Source: Thermoanaerobaculia bacterium
GTDB lineage: Bacteria > Acidobacteriota > Thermoanaerobaculia > UBA5066 > Gp7-AA6
Assembly (NCBI GenBank): GCA_036505815.1
Contig: DASXSX010000064.1
Coordinates: forward strand, 8,895-72,894
DNA: 64,000 bases
Reading direction: 5' to 3'
Shown piece after piece: positions 57,271 through 64,000 of this stretch. How positions within the stretch are numbered: position 1 is the stretch's first letter; the number at the start of each line of letters is the position of its first letter. The notes beneath the pieces are model-generated. The model was not told where the DNA came from. It ran no database searches and saw only the letters and a list, made by a program, of their open reading frames with translations. The position numbers and the translations under genes are program-made.

Positions 57271-59936
57271 TTCCGCCCGGCTGCCCAGTTCTGGACGAGG
57301 GTGACGGGGTCCGACACCTCGTCGCCCGGCCTCAGGTTGACGAGGAAACGCTCGCCGTCGGGCGTGACGTCGAACTGTCGGCCGGGAGGCGGCCGGAGGT
57401 GGGTTTTGAACAACACCCGGGGAATCCCTGCTCGGAAGGTCGGGTCCGTGCTCACCTCGACCGCCATGATCTCGTCGCCCGGCGCCTCGTACACGACCTC
57501 CCGGCCGCCTCGGGTCCACGTCGGCGAGCGGCCACCGGCCGTCGAGACCTGCCACTTGCCGCCCGGTCCGGGAAACGGCATGACGTAGACCTCCTCCCTG
57601 CTCGACTCGTTCGAGACGTAGGCGACCCAGCGGCCGTCCGGGGAGAAGCGCCCCAGGACCTCATTGAATGCTGTCTGGAGGAAGGGGGTCGCCTTTCGGT
57701 CCGCAACCGAGTAGGTCCAGAGGTCGAAGATGTTGCGCGTCCGCGGGTCGTTCGCCTGGAAGAGGAGGACCCGTCCATCGGGCGACCAGTCGAGCGCGAT
57801 TTTGAACGTGATCGAGGCGAAGAGCGGCGCCTCGCTCCCGGTGCCGGCGGAGTTCTTCTCGTAGAGGTCGGCGGGATTCTTCCGCGAGGCCGAGAACACG
57901 ATGCGGGAGTCGTCGGGAGACCAGACGGGCGCGAAGTCGGCGTTTGGATCGAAGGTGAACCGGGTCGGTGTGTTCCGTTCGAGGTCGTAGATCCAGATGT
58001 CGGCGAACCCTTGAGAATCCTCGGTGCCGACCGCCAGCCGCCGGCCGTCGTGCGCGAGCCGTGGTCCCGCGAGATAGCCGGGCGCGCCGACGGTGCCCAC
58101 GGGCTTGCCGGCGCGGTCGAGCCAGGTGAGCTGGGTCTGTCCTCCGCCCCTCCCCGTCTGGTACGCGATCAGTCCGGTGTCGGAGGCGGTGAAGGCCGCG
58201 GACGCGACATTCATAAACAAGCTCACGTTCTCCGCGACCGGAAAGGCCTCTTCCGTGAAGCGCAGGGCCTTCGGGTCGAATGGCCGGGCGAGCAGCGTCC
58301 TGTCCCGCTGAAAGAGGAGGTGCCCCGGCGGGGCGTAGACGACGTTCGTGTTCGTGTTGAGGAGGAGCTTCCGCTCCCCGCCGTCGAGAGTCGCCGCGTA
58401 GATTCCGTTCTTTTCGGTGCCCGTCAGGCTCGCCTGCGCGAGGTAGAGGAAGCGCCGGCCGTCCGGGAGGAACACGGGCCAGCGGTGGCTGAACTCCGAC
58501 GCCTTGACGTCGAGCTTCGTGACCGGCGAGGGCTCGCCGCCCGCGGCCGAGACGCGATAGATGGCGTCGCGGGCCGTCGGAGCGAAGAGGATCACTCCGT
58601 CGCGGTTCCAGGCTCCTCCGCGACCGAAGCCCGCGTCCGCGAGGGTCTGGGGGGGTCCGCCCGAGCCCTCGATCTTCTTCAGCTTTCCGCCGGCGAAGAA
58701 CCCGAGGAAACGGCTGTCCGGGGACCAGAACGGGAACGACGCCCCTTCCGTTCCGGCGAGAGATTGGGCCGAGACGCCGGAGAGCGGCCTGACCCAGAGC
58801 ATGGTGTTCCCCGACGAGGTCGCGACGAAAGCCATGCGGCGGCCGTCAGGCGAGAGCGCCATCGGGCCGCTATCGAACGCGAAGCTCGATTTCTCGGGTG
58901 GAAGCAGACTCGCGACCACCGCCCGTGGCGCCTCAGTTCGGAGTCGGATGACGAAAGTGGTCGCCGCTGCGGCCGCAATCGCGGCGACCGGCACGAGTAG
59001 CCAGGCGATCTTCTCCCGGCTCTTCCGCTTTGCCGCGACGGGCGCCGGCAGGCCGACCGCCGAGCCGCCTTCGGCGATCCACTGGAGCTGGAGCCTGACG
59101 TCGTGCGCGGTCTGGAACCGGTCGTCGGGGTCCTTGGCGAGGCAGGTCTTCACTACGCGGTCGAGCGCGGGCGGCGTCATCGGCTGGATACTGGAGATCG
59201 CTTCCGGCTGGGTGTGGATGATCGCCGCGATGAGCGACGCCTGGCTCTTGCCGGTGAACGCCTTCTTTCCAGTCGCCATCTCGTAGAGGACGAGCCCCAG
59301 AGCGAAGATGTCGGTTCTTGCGTCAGCTTCTTTTCCTTCGAGCTGCTCCGGGGCCATGTACTGAAAGGTGCCGAGGATCGTCCCTTCTGCCGTCAGATTT
59401 TCGCCGGCCTGAGTGGGAAGCACCGAGAGTCCCGAGAAGAGAGGCGAGGCTCCCGGCGGCGCCGCGAGCTTCGCGAGCCCGAAGTCCACGAGCTTGACCC
59501 CCGACTTCGTGATCATCACGTTGCCGGGCTTCAAATCCCGGTGAACGATCCCCTGCCGGTGCGCCTTCTCCAGAGCGTCGGCGATCTCGATCCCATGACG
59601 AAGCACCTGCTCGAGCGGGAGCGGCCCCTTGGCCAGCCTCTCCGTCAGCGTCTCCCCTTCCAGGAACTCCATGACTAGGTACTCGACGCCGTCCTGGTGC
59701 CCGACGTCGTGGAGTGTGCAGATGTGCGGGTGAGAGAGCTGCGAAATCGTCTTCGCTTCCCGCTCGAATCTCTGCCGGAACTCGGGGTTCTCCGAGAGGC
59801 GCGCCGGCAGGACCTTCACCGCGACCGTGCGGTCGAGCCGCGTGTCGCGCGCCTTGTAGACCTCCCCCATCCCTCCCGCGCCGACCGCGGAGAGGATCTC
59901 GTAGGGGCCGAGGCGCGAGCCGGCCGTAAGCGTCAT
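57267..59936 (-). CDS. Receptor Ser/Thr protein kinase with TM helix and TolB-like (PD40) beta-propeller
   Basis: GAGGMGEVYKARD, VAVK, HRDLKPGN, DFGLA, APE. TM WLLVPVAAIAAAAATTFVI. Repeated xWSPDGRxxxF propeller motifs. Confidence 0.9.
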   Translation of the reverse strand: MTLTAGSRLGPYEILSAVGAGGMGEVYKARDTRLDRTVAVKVLPARLSENPEFRQRFEREAKTISQLSHPHICTLHDVGHQDGVEYLVMEFLEGETLTERLAKGPLPLEQVLRHGIEIADALEKAHRQGIVHRDLKPGNVMITKSGVKLVDFGLAKLAAPPGASPLFSGLSVLPTQAGENLTAEGTILGTFQYMAPEQLEGKEADARTDIFALGLVLYEMATGKKAFTGKSQASLIAAIIHTQPEAISSIQPMTPPALDRVVKTCLAKDPDDRFQTAHDVRLQLQWIAEGGSAVGLPAPVAAKRKSREKIAWLLVPVAAIAAAAATTFVIRLRTEAPRAVVASLLPPEKSSFAFDSGPMALSPDGRRMAFVATSSGNTMLWVRPLSGVSAQSLAGTEGASFPFWSPDSRFLGFFAGGKLKKIEGSGGPPQTLADAGFGRGGAWNRDGVILFAPTARDAIYRVSAAGGEPSPVTKLDVKASEFSHRWPVFLPDGRRFLYLAQASLTGTEKNGIYAATLDGGERKLLLNTNTNVVYAPPGHLLFQRDRTLLARPFDPKALRFTEEAFPVAENVSLFMNVASAAFTASDTGLIAYQTGRGGGQTQLTWLDRAGKPVGTVGAPGYLAGPRLAHDGRRLAVGTEDSQGFADIWIYDLERNTPTRFTFDPNADFAPVWSPDDSRIVFSASRKNPADLYEKNSAGTGSEAPLFASITFKIALDWSPDGRVLLFQANDPRTRNIFDLWTYSVADRKATPFLQTAFNEVLGRFSPDGRWVAYVSNESSREEVYVMPFPGPGGKWQVSTAGGRSPTWTRGGREVVYEAPGDEIMAVEVSTDPTFRAGIPRVLFKTHLRPPPGRQFDVTPDGERFLVNLRPGDEVSDPVTLVQNWAAGRK

Positions 59937-59975
59937 TTCGGGGTTCTCTCGGTGGGAATCATAGCCGCCGCTTCG

Positions 59976-60098
59976 TCAGGCCGGGACAATCCTCTCTAGT
60001 ACCCTCTCGTGATCGCCGAGTCCGATGTGGAGGAAGGCGAGATGGAAAAGGCGCGACGTATCCCGCGAAAGCCGCTCCCGACGCTCGTCCAAGATTCT
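59976..60098 (-). pseudogene. Relic of the 3' end of a TPR-kinase paralog
   Basis: Translates to RILDERRERLSRDTSRLFHLAFLHIGLGDHERVLERIVPA*. This matches the tail of the 60388..62703 kinase (RILGELRERSSREYIAPYHLAFIHIPLGDHD...KVLEKIVPA*) apart from an internal ~37-codon gap. Stops lie immediately upstream in frame. Confidence 0.5.
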
Positions 60099-60104
60099 CT
60101 ACGG

Positions 60105-60338
60105 TTACTTCTCGGGCCATGAACCCTCGCGCTCCCAGTCCGCGAACTCGTCCCCGAGTCCTCCGTCTCTTCCGTAGGCGCGCCTGTAGGCCTCTGCGAT
60201 TCGTGTGGACCGTGATCGGTTCAGATAATCGGCCACTAGTCGCCGCAACACGTCAGACCGGCCATGCTGTCAGACTTCCTCGTCAGCATCGAAACGCCGG
60301 AGAAGACCCTGGTCCATGCGAATCTGGACGGGTTTCAT
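60105..60338 (-). pseudogene. Ribbon-helix-helix (CopG-type) antitoxin-like gene interrupted by an in-frame TGA
   Basis: MKPVQIRMDQGLLRRFDADEEV-TGA-QHGRSDVLRRLVADYLNRSRSTRIAEAYRRAYGRDGGLGDEFADWEREGSWPEK*. The TGA is at 60270-60272. The beta-strand and helix 1 precede the stop and helix 2 follows it in the same frame. Confidence 0.7.
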
Positions 60339-60387
60339 GTTGCCTTCACACGAATGCGCGGATGCTGCCGCATGGTCCCCCGTATCC

Positions 60388-62703
60388 TCAGGCGGGGACG
60401 ATCTTCTCGAGCACCTTCTCGAAGCGCGGGTGGGAGCGCAGCGGGTCGAAGACCGGGCTCGTCTTCGGCCACCACGCCAGCGCGTTTCGCTCTTCGCAGC
60501 CGCGCTCGAGGGCCGCGACCGCCGCGTCGTGATCCCCGAGCGGGATGTGAATGAACGCGAGGTGGTAAGGGGCAATGTACTCGCGCGAGGAGCGCTCGCG
60601 GAGCTCGCCTAAGATTCGCTCGGCATCCGCGCGCCGTCCCGCCGCCGCGTACCCGCCGCCCAGAAGAGCCAGGTAGTAGGTCTGCGCGCGATCGGTCAGC
60701 CGCACGGCCTTCTCGAACGCGGCGACCGACTCGGCGGATCTTCCGAGCATCTGGAGCGTGAGCCCGCTCATCCACAGCGGATAGAGAGCTTCCGGGTCGA
60801 GGGTGAGGGCGCGACGCGCCTCCAGAGCGGATTCCTCGTACTTGCGCTGCGCGAAGAAACACCAGGCGACGTTCGTCTGCGCGTTCGGCGACAGGGGCTC
60901 GAGCTCTGTCGCGCGGCGCGTCATCTCGAGAGCCTCCTCCGGCCGATCCATGAACGCCATCACGAGACCGAGCCAGGAGTACGGCGCCGCGGAACGGGGC
61001 GCGAGCTCGATGGCGCGCCGGAACTCCCGCTCCTCCTTCTGGAAGTCCCATCCGTAGTAGTGCTCGACCAGGCCGAGGGAGAGGTGCGTTTCGGGTGAGT
61101 CCGGATCGAGCCCGCGCGCCTTCGTCGCTGCGGCGCGGGCGTTGGAGAACGCGTCGAGGGTCGGGATTCCGCCGTAGAAACCGAAGATGCAGTAAGAGTC
61201 CGCGAGACCCGTGTGGGCGGGGACGTAACTCGGATCCCGCGCGATCGCTCTCTCGAATTCCGCAATGGCCTGACGCGGCACTCGGCGGTTGAAGAAGTAC
61301 TTTCCCTTCAGGTAGTGGTTGTACGCCTCGAAGTCCTCGGTCCCCCGCGAGACGATCGCGCCCTCTTCGCCCGCGAGCAGCCGGACCTTCAACGTCCCTG
61401 CGATCGCGAGCGCGATCTCGTCCTGGATCTCGAAGACGTCCTGCATCTCCCGGTCGTATCGCTCCGACCAGAGGTGGTAGCCGTCGGCGACGTTGACGAG
61501 CTCGGCCGTGACGCGCAGGCGCGACCCGGAGCGGCGGACGCTTCCCTCCAGCACGCTTCGCACCCCGAGCTCCGCGCCGATGCCGCGCACGTCCTCGTTC
61601 TTTCCCTTGAACGCGAAAGCCGACGTGCGCGAAGCGACCCGCAGCGCCTCGATCTTCGACAGCGCGTTGATGATCTCTTCGGTGATGCCGTCGCTGAAGT
61701 ACTCGTTCTCCGCGTCGGCGCTCATGTTACGGAACGGGAGGACCGCGATCGACGCGCGCGAAGAATCGGAGGTCGTCGCCCTCGCCGGGACGGCGGCGGA
61801 GCGGCGCGAAGGGGTCGCCGAAGCTTCCCGCTCTTCCGGCACTTCCGTCGCACTCGTCTCCTCGAACATCCCCAGGACGAAGGCGAGGTCGCTTGCGGAT
61901 TGGAACCGGTCCTCCGGTCTCTTCTCGAGACACCGCGCCACGATGCCGACCAGGGGGGCGGGTGCTTGACCGCGCCGGGCGAGCGCGGGCGGGTCGTCCC
62001 GGAGGATCGCCGCCATGCTCTCGACTTCGGTCTCCGCCCGGAACGGCGGAGACCCGAAGACGAGCTCGTAGAGCACCGCCCCGAAGGAAAAGACGTCCGT
62101 CCGATGGTCTGCCGCCTCGCCCCGCACCTGCTCCGGCGACATGTAGCCGACCGTGCCGAGGATCGTGCCGGGCATGGTCCGCGCGAGCGTGGGCCCCTTG
62201 CTCGGCCCGCCTCCCGCTCCTGCCGCGTGCTGCTTGGCGAGCCCGAAGTCCAGGATCTTCACGTGGCCGTCCGCGATGACGAAGACGTTCTCGGGCTTCA
62301 GGTCCCGGTGGACGATCCCGCGGCCGTGCGCGGCCGCGAGCCCTCGCGCGATCTGCCGCGCGTAGTCGACGGCTTTCCGGAGCGGCACGGTTCCGGCGTT
62401 CATCCGTTCCCGGAGCGTCTCTCCTTGGAGGAGCTCCGTGACCGCGTACGAGACGCCGGAGTCCTTTCCGATGTCGTGGATCGCGAGGATGTTGGGATGG
62501 GACAGCGCCGCGACGAGCTTCGCCTCGCGCTCGAAGCGGGCGAGAGCCTGCGCGTCGGCGAGCATGGATTCGGGAAGCACCTTGACGGCGACGTCGCGCT
62601 CGAGCCGGGTATCCCGCGCCCGGTAGACCTCTCCCATACCTCCGGCGCCGAGCGGCGCGACGATCTGATACGGACCGAGACGAGTCCCGGGAGAGAGCGG
62701 CAC
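60388..62703 (-). CDS. Ser/Thr protein kinase with TolB-N-like module and C-terminal TPR repeats
   Basis: GAGGMGEVYRARD, VAVK, HRDLKPEN, DFGLA, SPE. Then SIAVLPFRNMSADAENEYFSDGITEEIINALSKI, followed by TPR repeats. Confidence 0.9.
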   Translation of the reverse strand: MPLSPGTRLGPYQIVAPLGAGGMGEVYRARDTRLERDVAVKVLPESMLADAQALARFEREAKLVAALSHPNILAIHDIGKDSGVSYAVTELLQGETLRERMNAGTVPLRKAVDYARQIARGLAAAHGRGIVHRDLKPENVFVIADGHVKILDFGLAKQHAAGAGGGPSKGPTLARTMPGTILGTVGYMSPEQVRGEAADHRTDVFSFGAVLYELVFGSPPFRAETEVESMAAILRDDPPALARRGQAPAPLVGIVARCLEKRPEDRFQSASDLAFVLGMFEETSATEVPEEREASATPSRRSAAVPARATTSDSSRASIAVLPFRNMSADAENEYFSDGITEEIINALSKIEALRVASRTSAFAFKGKNEDVRGIGAELGVRSVLEGSVRRSGSRLRVTAELVNVADGYHLWSERYDREMQDVFEIQDEIALAIAGTLKVRLLAGEEGAIVSRGTEDFEAYNHYLKGKYFFNRRVPRQAIAEFERAIARDPSYVPAHTGLADSYCIFGFYGGIPTLDAFSNARAAATKARGLDPDSPETHLSLGLVEHYYGWDFQKEEREFRRAIELAPRSAAPYSWLGLVMAFMDRPEEALEMTRRATELEPLSPNAQTNVAWCFFAQRKYEESALEARRALTLDPEALYPLWMSGLTLQMLGRSAESVAAFEKAVRLTDRAQTYYLALLGGGYAAAGRRADAERILGELRERSSREYIAPYHLAFIHIPLGDHDAAVAALERGCEERNALAWWPKTSPVFDPLRSHPRFEKVLEKIVPA

Positions 62704-62730
62704 GGGACCGCGATTATAGGTTTTGCCGGG

Positions 62731-63390
62731 TCAGGATCCGGCGAGACGGTCCCGCACCTTCTGCATGTCCTCCCACACTTCCTTCTTGTGTTTCGGCGAG
62801 CGCATCAGGAACGCAGGGTGGTAGGTCGGCATCACCTCGGCCCCGTGGGCGAGGTGCCAGCGGCCGCGGAGCTGAGAGATCGGCTCGTCGGTCCCGAGGA
62901 TCGCCTGCGCGGCAAAAGTGCCGAGCGTCACGATGACGCGCGGAGCGACGAGGCGGATCTGTTCCTCGAGAAACGGCCGGCACGCGGCGACTTCGTCCGG
63001 CTCGGGGTTCCGGTTCTCCGGAGGCCGGCACTTCACGGTGTTGACGATGTAGACGTCGTCCCGCGTCGTGCCCATCGCCTCGATGATCTTCGTCAAGAGC
63101 TGACCGGCGGCTCCGACGAACGGCAACCCCTGCTCGTCTTCCTCGCGGCCCGGCGCTTCGCCGACGAACATCAGATCTGCTTGCGGGTTGCCGGCGCCGA
63201 AGACGATGCGCGTGCGCGAGCCGGAAAGTTTGCACCGCGGGCAGCCGGCGAGAAACCGCTCGAGCGCCGCCAGGTCCGGCATCGAGCCCGTCACGAGGTC
63301 GGGCGCCGGGGCCGCGCTGACGAAGAGATCGGTGAATCCGAGGTCGCGGAAGAACTCCAGCTCCCCGGAAAGGCCGGGACGGTCGAGCAA
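62731..63390 (-). CDS. Uracil-DNA glycosylase, family 4
   Basis: CxxC cluster residues (CPRCKL), [30 protein letters not shown]. Confidence 0.9.
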   Translation of the reverse strand: MLDRPGLSGELEFFRDLGFTDLFVSAAPAPDLVTGSMPDLAALERFLAGCPRCKLSGSRTRIVFGAGNPQADLMFVGEAPGREEDEQGLPFVGAAGQLLTKIIEAMGTTRDDVYIVNTVKCRPPENRNPEPDEVAACRPFLEEQIRLVAPRVIVTLGTFAAQAILGTDEPISQLRGRWHLAHGAEVMPTYHPAFLMRSPKHKKEVWEDMQKVRDRLAGS

Positions 63391-63398
63391 GCCGGCCC

Positions 63399-64000
63399 TC
63401 AGTTTCCGCCGGCCCGCGGAGTGTGGAAAACTCCTTCTCCCGAGCTCCGGACGCAGAGCACCGCGTCCCAGATCCGGTCGGCGACCTCGCGCTTGCTCCT
63501 CCGCGAGATCCGCTCCGCCGGGGCGTCACGCGTCACGAGGAGAACTTCGTTCTCCGTCGTGTCGAAGCCGACGTCGGATCGGCCGACGTCGTTGACGACG
63601 ATCAGGTCGGCGCCCTTCGCCTCCATCTTCCGGCGCCCGCGGGTCTCCAGATCCTCCGTCTCGGCCGCGAACGCCACGATCGTCTGGCTCCGGCGGGCGC
63701 GAGCGAGCCCGCCGACCAGGTCCCGCCCGGGGACGAGGCGAACGCTCATCTCCCCCCCTTCGCGATGGAGCCTCTCCGGGCTCGACTGCGGGATGAAGTC
63801 CGCGACCGCGGCGGCCATCGCGAGGACGTCGCACTCCGGAAACTCGGCGGCGAGCAGGTTCTCGAGGTCGGCGGAGCTTTCGAACGAGACGAAGCGCAGC
63901 CCCTCCGGGCGGGCGAGCCCGGTCGGCCCCGAGAGGAGCGTCACACGCGCTCCCCGGTCGCGCGCCGACTCCGCCAGCGCGTATCCCATGCGGCCGCTCG
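63399..64000 (-). CDS. coaBC: Phosphopantothenoylcysteine decarboxylase / phosphopantothenate-cysteine ligase, 3' (CoaB) part; continues beyond the window
   Basis: [23 protein letters not shown]...AAAVADF...FAAETE...[10 protein letters not shown]. The frame is open to the window end. Confidence 0.85.
   Translation of the reverse strand, partial: SGRMGYALAESARDRGARVTLLSGPTGLARPEGLRFVSFESSADLENLLAAEFPECDVLAMAAAVADFIPQSSPERLHREGGEMSVRLVPGRDLVGGLARARRSQTIVAFAAETEDLETRGRRKMEAKGADLIVVNDVGRSDVGFDTTENEVLLVTRDAPAERISRRSKREVADRIWDAVLCVRSSGEGVFHTPRAGGN

Noticed and set aside
60270-60272. TGA in the RHH gene as a recoded sense codon (Sec, Trp or Gly reassignment).
   Set aside because: TGA terminates many well-supported genes in this window at their expected C-termini (metK, rsmD, Enzyme I, recJ, sod, both kinases). 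I see no SECIS-like hairpin immediately downstream. A nonsense mutation is the simpler reading.

Overview
GC-rich bacterial chromosomal window, tightly packed with about 55 protein-coding genes. Reading by eye I found no rRNA, tRNA, CRISPR array, transposase, integrase or phage genes, so this looks like core genome rather than an accessory island. A lineage guess of Acidobacteriota-like is inference only, based on Ser/Thr kinases fused to TolB-like propellers or TPR domains, a sortilin/BNR protein and WxxGxW proteins. Many long R/G/P/A-rich ORFs in the six-frame track are shadow frames of real genes.

Landmarks, left to right:
- A TPR protein ending in a Lon-type peptidase domain, cut by the window edge.
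- hsp20, preceded by a G/Q/P/F-rich low-complexity protein and a NarL-type two-component pair.
- A secreted cyclase/formamidase-family gene with an orphan ParB-like gene.
- A PLP dehydratase-family gene, a WxxGxW repeat protein, a large BNR/sortilin protein and a HAMP-SpoIIE phosphatase.
- guaA.
- An aromatic amino acid decarboxylase convergent with an aminotransferase plus APC permease.
- dnaE, a CCA-adding-family enzyme and rsmD.
- metK-ahcY followed by a Kdo-hydroxylase-like gene.
- A single-ORF LptF-LptG fusion.
- parA-parB.
- A roughly 19 kb co-directional minus-strand array: priA, accA, recJ, a membrane-anchored multi-module LptC/LptA-like protein, lptB, rpoN, hpf, ptsN, hprK, rapZ, EIIA(Man), HPr, Enzyme I, cupin, miaB and a BFN nuclease.
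- sod and aspA.
- Two receptor-type Ser/Thr kinases, flanked by a small nucleotidyltransferase-fold gene, a decayed kinase-tail relic and an orphan RHH antitoxin gene carrying an in-frame TGA.
- A family-4 UDG and the 3' part of coaBC.

I cannot name a clearly novel multi-gene system with confidence. The most unusual features are:
- The LPS-transport machinery is compressed into fused polypeptides (LptFG and LptC/A).
- A Lon-type protease domain sits on a TPR scaffold with no AAA+ module.
- An uncharged low-complexity protein is paired with hsp20.
- The inter-kinase region shows toxin-antitoxin and paralog decay.
- Several genes have conserved N-termini that can only be reached from CTG or other non-canonical start codons.

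All functional calls come from motif recognition by eye. No database search was run.
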